A DNA stretch of 64,000 nucleotides from Candidatus Methanoperedenaceae archaeon (GCA_963753595.1 CAVWCX010000034.1:55404-119403); one strand, 5' to 3'. Shown: positions 1 through 10,023, numbered from the stretch's first letter. The notes: a model not told the origin generated them from the letters alone. Translations and numbers: made by a program.

Positions 1-1165
1 TAAGGAACGGGTATGAGACAGCCCCGATCAATATTACTGCAACAACAGGGATAAGATAATTGAAATCCTCGCCGCCGCTTGTCTTTGGAACATACCCGGT
101 TATCCGGATATCCAGTCCCTGCTCTTTTGGCACGTTCTTGAAGCTTAAGACTTCAAATTCTTTTCCCTCCCTTGGCACTATTTCCTTATTGCCAGATTGG
201 CTTTCTATCCCAAAACCGTTATTTTTTTCAGATAGCAGCGTCAGGTATGATGTATTGTAGATCATACCTTTGTAAAATATATCTTTCGAGGATCCAGGAT
301 TAAAAATATATGAGATCGAGACACTATATGTTCCACCCGGTAAAATAGGATACATCGGGTCTATCCATGCAGAATCTTTCTCCCTTTGCAGGCAGCATTC
401 CATTGCATCCGTTGTGAATCTCGTTATACCTTCTGGTGTTGCTATGCCAACAAATGCCCTGTCTTTGCTAAAGAAAACCTTATCTCCGGTATTCACGAAT
501 TCAACGTATTCATCAACTTTTATTCCGCCCGATGCCGAAGAAAGGACAATATGGTCAATACTTACAGTAAGTACATCCCCTTCTTTTGTGCTATCGTAAA
601 CACTGAAATCAGCTTTTTCTGAAGAATTCACCTGTTTTGTGTAAGGAGCATCTGCATAATTTGTCTCTACGAAATAACTTTTCCCGGCACTTACACTGTT
701 GAATGAATAATTACCATTCTTATCCGTAGAAGTATTCATTACTTCGATCCCGGTCGCATCCATAAGGCGTACCGGTACCCCTTCAATTGTCTTATTTGCC
801 TTCCGGACATATCCTGAAATCTTCTCTGAGAGATTAAAATCCACTACAGCTTTCCACTGTAGACCGATATTTTCTCCATAAGTTATATCATTGTAGGTCA
901 CATTGACCCGGTACATACCGTCTTTGAGATCATTAAATACATAATTCCCATCTTTATCTGTTGCAGAATCCGAGAGCTGTTTGAAAGTATAAACAACACC
1001 TGCTTCCGGGCTCTGTGTGGCGTTTACGCTGCTTAGTGTGACTTTCTGGTCAGCAAGCTTTTTACCGTAAGATATTACATTACCGCTTATCTCTGAGGCT
1101 GAAGCTGCATTTGCGAAAATAACCAGCATTATAAAAATTGATACTAATTTATTCATTTTTTTCAT
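1..1165 (-). CDS. Secreted/membrane-anchored protein with carboxypeptidase-regulatory-like (Cna-B-type) beta domains; 3' end runs off the window; next gene after ccmH
   Basis: Not in ORF track (open at window edge). Manual translation from ATG 1165/1156: (MKK)MNKLVSIFIMLVIFANAASASEISGNV...TDKDGNYVFNDL...TDKNGNYSFNSV...MECCLQRE...LIPVVAVILIGAVSYPFL; signal peptide, two TDxxGxYxF motifs, C-terminal TM; overlaps ccmH stop. Confidence 0.8.
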   Translation of the reverse strand, partial: MKKMNKLVSIFIMLVIFANAASASEISGNVISYGKKLADQKVTLSSVNATQSPEAGVVYTFKQLSDSATDKDGNYVFNDLKDGMYRVNVTYNDITYGENIGLQWKAVVDFNLSEKISGYVRKANKTIEGVPVRLMDATGIEVMNTSTDKNGNYSFNSVSAGKSYFVETNYADAPYTKQVNSSEKADFSVYDSTKEGDVLTVSIDHIVLSSASGGIKVDEYVEFVNTGDKVFFSKDRAFVGIATPEGITRFTTDAMECCLQREKDSAWIDPMYPILPGGTYSVSISYIFNPGSSKDIFYKGMIYNTSYLTLLSEKNNGFGIESQSGNKEIVPREGKEFEVLSFKNVPKEQGLDIRITGYVPKTSGGEDFNYLIPVVAVILIGAVSYPFL

Positions 1166-1571
1166 TCTCCTGCAAGAACTTTTCATATTCCAATTCAAAT
1201 TCCTCGTTCTCATCCATTCTTTTCCTGCTGATCTTGTAAACAACAACCCCGCCAACTAAGATCCCGGCAGGTAATGCAAGCCATACTATCCAGTCAAATC
1301 CTTCTTTAGGCGGTGTGGCAAGTACGCCTTTTCCGTATTCTGCCACAAGTTTATTGTAAATCTCTTTCTCAGAAAGACCCTGGCCGATCATAGCCTTGAT
1401 TTTATCTTTAATTTCAAGTGAGCTGGGGCATGTGCAGTCGATCACGATCATGGTACATCCTCCCTGGTCGGGGCAGTTCAGGTTCGCTGTTATGTCATCT
1501 TCTGTCACGGCCAATACCGGCACTGTTAATACAAGGAGGAAGAACCAAATTGCAACTATTTTATGTTTCAT
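1149..1571 (-). CDS. ccmH: Cytochrome c-type biogenesis protein CcmH/NrfF-like
   Basis: Signal peptide, Cys cluster LNCPDQGGC..DCTC, G.SEKEI...LVAEYG..VL..PP..GFDWIVW motif; overlaps ccmF stop. Confidence 0.85.
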   Translation of the reverse strand: MKHKIVAIWFFLLVLTVPVLAVTEDDITANLNCPDQGGCTMIVIDCTCPSSLEIKDKIKAMIGQGLSEKEIYNKLVAEYGKGVLATPPKEGFDWIVWLALPAGILVGGVVVYKISRKRMDENEEFELEYEKFLQENEKNE

Positions 1572-3568
1572 ATACTCTCCGCAGTAATTGTTTTTTGTAC
1601 ATTTTGATTTATATTTATATCATCAGATGTTATTTTTCGCCTTATCGGTACAACTGTTGACAGGCATATCAGGATCCCCAGTATAAGCACATGGAATCCA
1701 CCTAACCACATCAGGAACATCATTGGCATCACCTTGATCTTGACAGTGGCGCTGTCAGCCGTGATGGCCTGGGCTGAGAAATAAAGGTCATCTATACCCA
1801 CCCTGTAAGACATGGGTTTGACATTCGTGCTCTCCTGCTTTGGATAGTGATACATGCGAGCTTCGCCTTTTGTCAGGACTTTCTCGCCTTTCTTATAGAC
1901 ATCAAAATATGCCGCCTGTACATCTCTGTTACCCTGGGTATACTGGTCGATATTCATTAGCTTGAAGTCATAATCTCCAACGCTGTATGTCCCGCCAACT
2001 CGCATATTGTAGGTCTGTGCCTGCTCATATACTACGGCGCCAGCTGCGGCTACGATTATCATAAGGATTCCAATATGGCACATGTAGCCGCCAAAGGTGC
2101 GGCGGTTATTCATGAACGCCCTGTAAATATTCTTCAGGGCTCCTGCATCGTCAATCTTTTTCTGCTTTTTCACTATTCTGGATATATCCAGAAGATGAGT
2201 GGCGCTGACCAGTACGGAGCCGGCAACCGCAACCTGTGCATAAAAATCACGTATACCGATGATGAAAGCGATTATCATTGCAATAACAGACAAAGCAAGT
2301 GGTTTTGTAAAGTTCCTCTGGAGATGGGAAATGGACGCCTTGCGCCATGCTATGAGAGGACATATGCCCATCAGGAATAGAAGCGCTATGCCAAGCGGGA
2401 CATTTATCTGGTTGTAGAAAACCGGACCTACCATCACCTTGTAACCCCTGAAGGCTTCAGATAAGAGAGGATATGTAGTCCCCCATAGCACTGACGTGGT
2501 CGCAGCGATGAATATCCAGTTGTTATAGAGAAAACTTGCCTCACGCGATACGAATGATTCAAAGATATTCTTGCTGTTTATCGATTTGTATTTCCATGCT
2601 ACAAGCGCCAGGGTTGCTGCAAGCACCACTATCATGTAATTGATATAATAATATGCGGTCTCAGACGCACCAAAGGTATGTACAGAAGCGATTATCCCGC
2701 TCCGGGTAAGAAGCGTCCCATATATCGTGAGTTCCCATGTGAAAAGGATGAGCAGGATATTCCAGAACTTCATTCCGCCCTTACGTTCCTGTATCATAGT
2801 GCTGTGATAGAATGCCGTCAGGGTAAGCCAGGGGAGGAATGAAGCGTTCTCAACAGGGTCCCAGCCCCAGAAGCCGCCCCAATTGAGCACAGTATATGCC
2901 CACCAGCTCCCGAACATGTTGCCAAGAGCCAGTCCAAGCCACGCCCACAGCGCCCAGCGGCGTGCGCGGTAAATCCATGTATCATCTGAAAGATAGATAC
3001 CTGCGGCCATCAGGGCGAACGGGATCAATACCCCTGCATAACCCCAGAATAGCGTTGTGGGGTGAAACAGCATTCCAGGGTCCTGGAGAATCGGATTGAG
3101 ACCATTTCCGTCCACAGGCATGAAATCAAGCATCCTGAAAGGACGGGATACTGTAAGCAGCATGTAGAAGAAATAAGCAAGAGTGACAAGGATTATAGGC
3201 ATTGCATGTTTGATGAGGTTATCATAGGATTTCCCACGGACTGCGATTATTGCTATATATATGGATATGAGCCAGGCCCATAGCAGTAATGAGCCATCAG
3301 CGCCAGCCCAGAATCCAGAAATGGTATAGATCAACGACAGGTCAAGGCTGCTGTACATCGCAACATACTCATACTGGAAGTTGCGGGTAATAAAGAGATT
3401 AAAAAGCCAGATTGAAGCAATAGTGGTCAGAACCGCGATACCGACGATGGCGATCCTTGCGCTGCTGAAAAGTTCATCTTTCTTTTTCCATATCCCGATT
3501 ATGTGCGCAATAAGTGCATAAACGGTTAATAACAGTGCGATTATTAATGTTGTTTCACCTAATTCCAT
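1568..3568 (-). CDS. ccmF: Heme lyase CcmF (paralogue 1, canonical)
   Basis: WAGADGSLLLW, GLNPILQ..MLFHP, WWD motif WAYTVLNWGGFWGWDPVENASFLPW, SVHTF, many TM helices. Confidence 0.95.
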   Translation of the reverse strand: MELGETTLIIALLLTVYALIAHIIGIWKKKDELFSSARIAIVGIAVLTTIASIWLFNLFITRNFQYEYVAMYSSLDLSLIYTISGFWAGADGSLLLWAWLISIYIAIIAVRGKSYDNLIKHAMPIILVTLAYFFYMLLTVSRPFRMLDFMPVDGNGLNPILQDPGMLFHPTTLFWGYAGVLIPFALMAAGIYLSDDTWIYRARRWALWAWLGLALGNMFGSWWAYTVLNWGGFWGWDPVENASFLPWLTLTAFYHSTMIQERKGGMKFWNILLILFTWELTIYGTLLTRSGIIASVHTFGASETAYYYINYMIVVLAATLALVAWKYKSINSKNIFESFVSREASFLYNNWIFIAATTSVLWGTTYPLLSEAFRGYKVMVGPVFYNQINVPLGIALLFLMGICPLIAWRKASISHLQRNFTKPLALSVIAMIIAFIIGIRDFYAQVAVAGSVLVSATHLLDISRIVKKQKKIDDAGALKNIYRAFMNNRRTFGGYMCHIGILMIIVAAAGAVVYEQAQTYNMRVGGTYSVGDYDFKLMNIDQYTQGNRDVQAAYFDVYKKGEKVLTKGEARMYHYPKQESTNVKPMSYRVGIDDLYFSAQAITADSATVKIKVMPMMFLMWLGGFHVLILGILICLSTVVPIRRKITSDDININQNVQKTITAESI

Positions 3569-3580
3569 GAAAATTCTCCT

Positions 3581-3991
3581 TTATGTTTCGTTGTGGTCCC
3601 CATGATCAAGATCTCCACCGTATTTTGAGGGACATTTCGTTACGACCTGGGTTGCCTCAAAAGTGCCATTTATGAAAATACCGGTAACAACCGCCGGGAT
3701 TCCTTCTTTATAATTTCCCGGCATTCCCTGGTTCGATACAACAGTGATCGAAGAGTTCTTATCCGCAAGTTTAAACGTCAGAAGGGCTTTTTCCGGCACC
3801 CAGACCGTTGAGCCTTTTAGTATGGTGCCATTAACATTCACGATTTTACCGTCTAATGTATCAGCTTTCTGGACGAATTCATCCACTTCATAGTAAAATG
3901 AGAGTGCGTTGCTGAAGCTCTGCGCTGTAAGAAATAATATAAGTATAACCACGATCCCGACACCGAGCATGTTTTTTTGTTTTCTGTTCAT
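3581..3991 (-). CDS. ccmE: Heme chaperone CcmE, CxxxY-type variant
   Basis: N-terminal TM, OB-fold-like body, C-terminal KCPSKY motif; first gene of the ccmEFH operon. Confidence 0.9.
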   Translation of the reverse strand: MNRKQKNMLGVGIVVILILFLTAQSFSNALSFYYEVDEFVQKADTLDGKIVNVNGTILKGSTVWVPEKALLTFKLADKNSSITVVSNQGMPGNYKEGIPAVVTGIFINGTFEATQVVTKCPSKYGGDLDHGDHNET

Positions 3992-4159
3992 TCAGTTTCC
4001 TCTTATCCAGATTCAACTTTACAAGCCTTGTAAACATAATCAAATATACCCCTCCCTTTTTAAGTGGGTTGCGGTTTATAAAAAACAAATTAAAACGATA
4101 TTTGTTTAAAATTTGTAAACCTGGATTCGGGAGATCAATTAGAATTACCCCTACACATA

Positions 4160-4396
4160 GGGGTTACGTAAAAATAACTTATTTAATTTTATGTTACTCA
4201 TCTAAACGTTTGAAATAAAAACAAAATTTGCATATTTTGTAGGTAATAAATGTGGTTGTTATGGATAATGAATAAATGGAACCGCAGATGAACACAGATG
4301 AACGCAGATTTATTACTACGCTTTCTGAAAATCATATTAATATTGAGGTTACAACATAAAATATTATATAAAATATATAAATTCTTGTGTAACCCT
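4160..4396. mobile_element. Putative 237-bp MITE with ISAzo13-like ends
   Basis: Left end ggggttacgtaaaaataacttatttaattt matches the reverse complement of the IS right end at 49534-49563 at 24/30; right end rc agggttacacaagaat; flanked by ATA direct repeats (4157-4159, 4397-4399); non-coding. Confidence 0.55.
4280..4311 (+). repeat. 10-bp-period tandem repeat (aaccgcagatgaacacagatgaacgcagattt)
   Basis: CAGAT recurs three times at 10-nt spacing. Confidence 0.8.
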
Positions 4397-4437
4397 ATAG
4401 GATATATTTGGATGAACTGTTCCAGAAGAAAATAATA

Positions 4438-4810
4438 GGATAGATGTGACCGGAAACGGGTGGAAAAAAAGTTTTTTTCCGGCCACTAATTTATTAATAC
4501 TACATACTTTTTAATGTGAATTTTGGTTTAAAAAATGCAAAAAAAGTACTGTTTTTTTTTAATTTTCTTTAAACCTTCTAAGACGAACACGTACGAACTC
4601 TGGCATTTGGAGCAAATCCCTTGTTTACGATGTTGTGGTCCTCCAGCGATAGGACGAAATCGTATAACAAATGGATAGGTGTGACCGGAATATAGGAGTA
4701 CGGAAAAAGGCTGTGTTTTTTCCGGCCACTAATTTACTAATACAACATGCTTTTTAATGTGGATTGTGGTTTAAGAATACAAATAAAATAACTATTTTCT
4801 TTAAACCTTT
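4438..4810. repeat. Two imperfect direct copies (~4438-4578, ~4673-4810) of a ~140-bp non-coding element with a hairpin
   Basis: Both read ggatag.tgtgaccggaa...ttttttccggccactaattta.taatac.acat.ctttttaatgtg.att.tggtttaa.aat.caaa...ttttctttaaacctt; gtgaccggaa can pair with ttccggccac. Confidence 0.85.
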
Positions 4811-4959
4811 TAAATATGGGACATTATTATTTTAAAACTCTTACCTGGAAACCATATACAATACATGGCTTCTAATGATTGTGAATTTTCCCACCAGCCT
4901 GCCGCAAAAAAAAAGAATAGAACCTTTGCCGCTTAATCTGCGGTATAAATTACTATATA

Positions 4960-5319
4960 TTACATCAAGTTTTTCATGCCCGGACCTTTCGAACCCATCA
5001 TCGAACCCATGTTATTACCCATATCCTCACAATGATTCTCGCCTGATGTGACAGTATTTTCCACATCAGGATTTTTGTTGCCCATCATTCCACTTTGGCC
5101 TTTTTCACCATCCATCATATTTTTACCATCACCAGATTTCATCATCTGCTCAGGGCAATTTTTTGCCATATCCTCCATCATTTCAGGAGTACATTCATGA
5201 TTTTCCGTTTCCTTTTTTTTCTCACTTGTATTCTGGGCAAACCCGACAACGGCGCCGAATATAACAATCGTTGCCAGGATTCCGATAATTAAGACTGTCT
5301 TTCGGTTCATATTTCTCAC
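4960..5319 (-). CDS. Exported Met/Cys/His-rich hypothetical protein (possible metal binding)
   Basis: Signal/TM segment, then HECTPEMM, NCPEQMM, NHCEDMG, MGSMMG. Confidence 0.7.
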   Translation of the reverse strand: MRNMNRKTVLIIGILATIVIFGAVVGFAQNTSEKKKETENHECTPEMMEDMAKNCPEQMMKSGDGKNMMDGEKGQSGMMGNKNPDVENTVTSGENHCEDMGNNMGSMMGSKGPGMKNLM

Positions 5320-5519
5320 GACCTGGTAAAATATGATATTGCTAAAAATACTATGACCATCAGCGCAATGTGCACTAACATATCTCTGGTTCCGCCGCCC
5401 CCACAGCAGCCACCGCCATGTTTCTGCTCCTTTTCGACAGGATTTTGTTCAGTGCCTGTTTGTTCTTTTTTTATTTCTTTATCTGTTTCTTTTGGTTTAC
5501 TTGATCCACAGCAGTCCAT
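5316..5519 (-). CDS. Small Cys-rich membrane protein
   Basis: MDCCG...HGGGCCGGG plus C-terminal TM; GGAG-type SD; overlaps the next gene by 4 nt. Confidence 0.7.
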   Translation of the reverse strand: MDCCGSSKPKETDKEIKKEQTGTEQNPVEKEQKHGGGCCGGGGTRDMLVHIALMVIVFLAISYFTRS

Positions 5520-5612
5520 TTTTTAATTCTCCATATTAATTATTATCTTGTGTTATGTATTGTCTGTATTAATGGTCATTTTGGTTTAAATTTTGAAGAT
5601 TTTTTGCCAAAT

Positions 5613-5846
5613 TTATTCAATTTTCCTAAGCTTTCCACCTGTGAACTGCCCGGCGGCAAAGGATAAAATAAGCACCGGTATTACATTCCACCCGAAACCT
5701 GAAGATATTCTCAATAAGAACACAAATGGTACAGGTATGTGCACAGCCATCATCCATTTTCTTGAGAATCTGGGGGTATTGTATCTCCAGTAGCCAAAGG
5801 GCAGGTTGATCAAAAACACAAGGAGCATTAATTCTATTATGGACAT
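5613..5846 (-). CDS. Small conserved-looking membrane protein
   Basis: INLPFGYWR...FSRKWMMAVHIPVPFV...GQFTGG; hydrophobic. Confidence 0.7.
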   Translation of the reverse strand: MSIIELMLLVFLINLPFGYWRYNTPRFSRKWMMAVHIPVPFVFLLRISSGFGWNVIPVLILSFAAGQFTGGKLRKIE

Positions 5847-6047
5847 AACTTAGCACCATTTGTTTCCATGAGATTAAATCTGCTTTCTCCATTAATCTCA
5901 TTTGTGCTTCAAAAATCTAATTAAATAGATAAATAAACTTTAATTTTTTAAAGCGCAAACTATATAATTTACACTGCTCGTAAAGTATTTAGTTTACATC
6001 GTGTGTAAAGCACGCGCAGGCTGACAATACTATATCAGGAGGAATCT

Positions 6048-6716
6048 TTGAACATTATTGAACTTGAAGACGTATGGAAGGTTTATAAGATGGGAGAAGT
6101 AGAAGTCCCGGCTCTTAAAGGCCTGAGCTTAAAGGTAGCGCCTGGCGAATTTATAGCGCTCATGGGGCCAAGCGGAAGTGGTAAATCAACAGCTATGAAC
6201 ATGATCGGCTGTCTTGATATCCCCACAAAAGGCAGTGTGCGGCTTGAAGGACAGGATATTGCTGCCCTCACCGAATTGGAACTTTCCCGGATAAGAGGCA
6301 GGAAAATAGGTTTTGTATTCCAGTCCCATAATCTTTATCCAACATTAACGGCTCTTGAAAATGTCCAGCTGCCCATGAGGGTGCATGAGTTCAGCGAAGC
6401 AGATATATGGGATAGATCAGAGGAACTTCTGCAACTTGTGGGTCTTTCCGGGCGCGCCAACCATTACCCTTCCCAGCTATCGGGAGGCCAGAGCCAGAGA
6501 GTAGCGATCGCAAGAGCGCTTTCCACAAATCCCTTATTGCTCCTGGCTGATGAGCCAACCGGAAATCTCGATACAGAAGCCGGAAAAGAGGTACTGGATA
6601 TTTTCGGCCAGCTAAATGTGCAGGGGGTCACTGTAGTAATGATAACCCACGATGAGAAAATTGCCGGAATGGCGAACAAAATAGTGAGAATGAGGGATGG
6701 AACACTCGCATCATAA
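6048..6716 (+). CDS. ABC transporter ATP-binding protein (LolD/MacB type)
   Basis: Walker A GPSGSGKS, LSGGQSQRVAIARAL, ADEPTGNLD, H-loop THD. Confidence 0.95.
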   Translation: MNIIELEDVWKVYKMGEVEVPALKGLSLKVAPGEFIALMGPSGSGKSTAMNMIGCLDIPTKGSVRLEGQDIAALTELELSRIRGRKIGFVFQSHNLYPTLTALENVQLPMRVHEFSEADIWDRSEELLQLVGLSGRANHYPSQLSGGQSQRVAIARALSTNPLLLLADEPTGNLDTEAGKEVLDIFGQLNVQGVTVVMITHDEKIAGMANKIVRMRDGTLAS

Positions 6717-6730
6717 GGAGTGAATAAAAC

Positions 6731-7984
6731 ATGAATCCTGTAAGAAAAAGTATTATGGTTTTACTTATATCGCTACTGTTTTTACAGAGCGCATCAGCAG
6801 CGACGAATGAATATCTTCTAACTGAACATGAACCAGTATCTCCAGGGGATACGGTTTTTATATGGGTTCCGATAAAAAACATTGGTTATGGGAACTTGAT
6901 GACAGATACAGTAGTGAAGCTGGTCCCTGCAAATAATGCTACTGAAAAAGCAATACATGTCCTTGGTAATGAAGTGATACTCGGCAATATGGAAGAATGG
7001 AATGACATGCGCACAGCCAAGTTTAAAGTCCATATAGATCAGAGTGCAGTCGAAGGGGAATACGAGTTTAACGTCTATGTAACTGCAAAAGGAAAAGACA
7101 GCGGGATCAGTTCAACGGAAATGCAAAAGGACAGGATCCTTGTAGTTTCCGGCATGCCTGTGATAACACTTTCAAACGTTTCTATCGGAAGTGTCGCGCC
7201 AGGCTCAACAAATGAAGTTATTATTAAATTCAAGAACGAAGGGACAGGTACAGCAAGGAACCTGTATGCTGATATAAACACTGCAAGCGAGCATCTGGCA
7301 TCCGTATTCTCAATACTTGGTTCAGGTACGCGATTTTCACTTGGAAGCCTGAGCCCGGGTGAAGAGACCCGGATAAGATTCAATATACTGGTTGATTCGC
7401 AGGCACAGACTGGTGTTTATAATATACCGTTACGGATTTCAGGATTTAACTATTCTGCCAGCGATTCCATTGGAATAGGCGTAGCAGGGATAACAGAATT
7501 TGAGTTAAGTTACCAGGAATCAGGAACAAGTTTCCTCCTCAGTGTATCTAATATAGGGGTCAATCCGGCCAAAGCGGTAAGCGTGGAAATACCAAATCAA
7601 AACAGTTTCAGCGTAACCGGGAGTAATACACAGGTGATCGGAAATCTCAACTCCGGGGACTACACCTCTGCAAATTTCCAGGTAAACCAGAAAGGCAGTG
7701 GCTCTCAAATGAATATCAAGTTACAGTACACTGACGCTGCTGGTATGCGGCGATCAATAGAAAAGAAGCTGACTGTGAAACTTTCAAACGGGATGGCTGG
7801 TGCAACATCTAAGGAAGCCAATGACCAGCATGCAGCGATGCATGGAACAAACTATTCGCAACAACTACTAAACTTTGCCCCTTACCTCGGGATAGTTCTT
7901 CTTGGCATCGTTGGCTTCTGGCGGCGAAAGAGCATCACTGAAATGTATCAGAGACTGAAATTCCAGAGGCCGAGAAAAAAATGA
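6731..7984 (+). CDS. COG1361-like S-layer/Ig-domain protein associated with the ABC exporter
   Basis: Signal peptide, repeated PG...N.G...A Ig-like motifs, C-terminal TM and basic tail; lies between ATPase and permease. Confidence 0.75.
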   Translation: MNPVRKSIMVLLISLLFLQSASAATNEYLLTEHEPVSPGDTVFIWVPIKNIGYGNLMTDTVVKLVPANNATEKAIHVLGNEVILGNMEEWNDMRTAKFKVHIDQSAVEGEYEFNVYVTAKGKDSGISSTEMQKDRILVVSGMPVITLSNVSIGSVAPGSTNEVIIKFKNEGTGTARNLYADINTASEHLASVFSILGSGTRFSLGSLSPGEETRIRFNILVDSQAQTGVYNIPLRISGFNYSASDSIGIGVAGITEFELSYQESGTSFLLSVSNIGVNPAKAVSVEIPNQNSFSVTGSNTQVIGNLNSGDYTSANFQVNQKGSGSQMNIKLQYTDAAGMRRSIEKKLTVKLSNGMAGATSKEANDQHAAMHGTNYSQQLLNFAPYLGIVLLGIVGFWRRKSITEMYQRLKFQRPRKK

Positions 7985-9237
7985 GGCTTCTGGATATCAT
8001 CCTGCTATCTCTTTCCCATGTAAAGAAAAGCAGGATGAGAAGCTGGCTTACCATTGTAGGTGTGATCATAGGTGTCGCTTCAGTTGTAGCCATTATATCC
8101 ATAGGCCAGGGAATGCAGGAAAATGTGCAGCAGAGGCTGGGAAGCTTCGGCGCGGATATAATAACCGTTATCCCTGGATATTTCAGGGCGACCGGCGTTC
8201 ACAGCGAAATGCATACAGACAGGTCTGTGAGTACGAGTTCTTCGATCAACCTCACAGATAAAGACATTAAGGTGATCAAGCAGGTGCCAGGTGTCATGTA
8301 TGCAAACGGGCTCGTTTCGGGCAAAGCCGACCTCAAATACGATAATGAGAAAACAGTGGTTTCTGTAACCGGGGTAGATACTTCAATCTGGAGACTGATG
8401 GATACTACAGGAATAGATGATGGAAGATATCTTCAGGCAGGGGATTCTAATTCAATTGTAGTTGGGTACAATCTTGCTTATGGGACTTTCCTTGTTCCCA
8501 TAACTCTTAACCGTCCGATTACGATCGGAGGCAAGAGCTTCAGGGTTGTGGGTATTCTCAAGCAATCCGGTGGATTAGGGGGCAGCAGTGACACAGGGAT
8601 TTATATGCCTGCCGAAATGGCAAGAGAAGCTATAACTGAAAAAGTAAGAAATAACCAGTTCACATCTATAGTCATTAAAGCCTCGGACTCTTCCCTTGTT
8701 GAATACATTAAAGCGGATATCGAGCAGAAACTCATGAGTTCAAGACAGGTAAATCCGCGAACAAAGGATTTTACAGTCATTGCATCTGCGCTTATACGTG
8801 AACAGATGAGCGGTGTAACCCAGACATTATCCTTATTCTTGAGTGCGATCGCTGCTGTCTCGCTGCTTGTTGGGGCAATCGGCATAGCAAACACAATGTT
8901 CATGTCGGTGATGGAACGAACCAGGCAAATAGGGTTATTGAAAGCGATAGGAACGAGTGAAGAGGAGATCATGAAGCTTTTTCTTATCGAGTCGGGAATA
9001 TTCGGACTCGCAGGCGGTATCATAGGTGTGATATTTGGTGTGGCTATTTCCCTGCTTATTCCTTACCTGGGTATCCAGGCGCTGGGCTTTGGCGGGGATA
9101 TGAAAGCAACAATAACTGCCGGGACCATATTTTTCGCAATAGGATTTTCGGTTGTTGTAGGCATATTATCCGGAATAATTCCTGCCAGGCACGCAGCAAA
9201 GATGAGACCCGTGGATGCTATAAGATATGATCAGTGA
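7981..9237 (+). CDS. ABC transporter permease (MacB/FtsX family)
   Basis: RSWLTIVGVIIGVASVV, GIANTMFMSVMERTRQIGLLKAIG, PARHAAKMRPVDAIRY. Confidence 0.95.
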   Translation: MRLLDIILLSLSHVKKSRMRSWLTIVGVIIGVASVVAIISIGQGMQENVQQRLGSFGADIITVIPGYFRATGVHSEMHTDRSVSTSSSINLTDKDIKVIKQVPGVMYANGLVSGKADLKYDNEKTVVSVTGVDTSIWRLMDTTGIDDGRYLQAGDSNSIVVGYNLAYGTFLVPITLNRPITIGGKSFRVVGILKQSGGLGGSSDTGIYMPAEMAREAITEKVRNNQFTSIVIKASDSSLVEYIKADIEQKLMSSRQVNPRTKDFTVIASALIREQMSGVTQTLSLFLSAIAAVSLLVGAIGIANTMFMSVMERTRQIGLLKAIGTSEEEIMKLFLIESGIFGLAGGIIGVIFGVAISLLIPYLGIQALGFGGDMKATITAGTIFFAIGFSVVVGILSGIIPARHAAKMRPVDAIRYDQ

Positions 9238-9295
9238 GAAAATGATATATAAATGATATATGACTAAAGATAAATGAAGATGACTTAGATTATTT

Positions 9296-9517
9296 ATGAC
9301 AGAAGATGACCTGGATTACAAATATGACATCGAAGCTATTGAAAAGGAGATGATGGAGGAACTGAAAAAGCCGCATGGCAAAAGGATACTTGTCTGTCCG
9401 GTCTGCGGCTCCTCCGATGTTACATATTACATGGGCCTAAAAATGGGATATCAGTACCAGTGCAAGGAATGCAATTATGTGGGAGCACTGATACTGGAAA
9501 AGGATGCCACTTCCTAA
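9296..9517 (+). CDS. Small zinc-ribbon protein
   Basis: CPVCGS...YQCKECNYVG. Confidence 0.75.
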   Translation: MTEDDLDYKYDIEAIEKEMMEELKKPHGKRILVCPVCGSSDVTYYMGLKMGYQYQCKECNYVGALILEKDATS

Positions 9518-9588
9518 TATCCTAAATAGATTGTGGTTTAAATTCCTAAAACGAAACTACTTTAAAGGATATCGGACAATTAATTAAT

Positions 9589-9756
9589 ATGCCAATCGAC
9601 CCTGTCTGCTGGATGCGTGTTGATGGAACTGCGGAACATACATCGGAATTTAATGGAAATAAGTATTATTTCTGTTCATCTAAATGCAAGAAAGAATTCG
9701 ATGAGGCTCCTGATAAGTACCTGGGTGTGAAAAGCCAGATGAAAATGCCTGAATAG
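9589..9756 (+). CDS. YHS/TRASH domain protein (55 aa; below the ORF-track cutoff)
   Basis: MPIDPVCWMRVD...FNGNKYYFCSSKCKKEFDEAPDKY; classic DPVC.M / YYFCS..C...F...P..Y pattern. Confidence 0.85.
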   Translation: MPIDPVCWMRVDGTAEHTSEFNGNKYYFCSSKCKKEFDEAPDKYLGVKSQMKMPE

Positions 9757-9792
9757 AACTGGAAATTCAATCTTTATTGTGGGAGGTAAACT

Positions 9793-10023
9793 ATGACATT
9801 CGGAATGATGGACGGTTACGGTATGAGCTTTGGAATTATGTTAATTCTTGGGCTGGTATTCTGGATATTAGTAATAATAGGACTTGTGTTGCTTATCAAA
9901 TATCTATGGGAGGGAGGAGCCGGGAAAGAACAGGAATCTGCAATTGAAATCCTGAAGAAAAAATACGCCCGTGGAGAAATAAGTAAAGAAGAATTTGAAG
10001 AGAAAAAGAAAGACCTGACATGA
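9793..10023 (+). CDS. SHOCT domain membrane protein
   Basis: MMDGYGM, TM, AIEILKKKYARGEISKEEFEEKKKDL; GGAGGT SD. Confidence 0.9.
   Translation: MTFGMMDGYGMSFGIMLILGLVFWILVIIGLVLLIKYLWEGGAGKEQESAIEILKKKYARGEISKEEFEEKKKDLT

Noticed and set aside
9241-9320. Short duplications aatgatatat and gaagatgac.t.gatta upstream of the zinc-ribbon gene
   Set aside because: Too short and AT-rich; probably a local duplication of the gene start with no evident function
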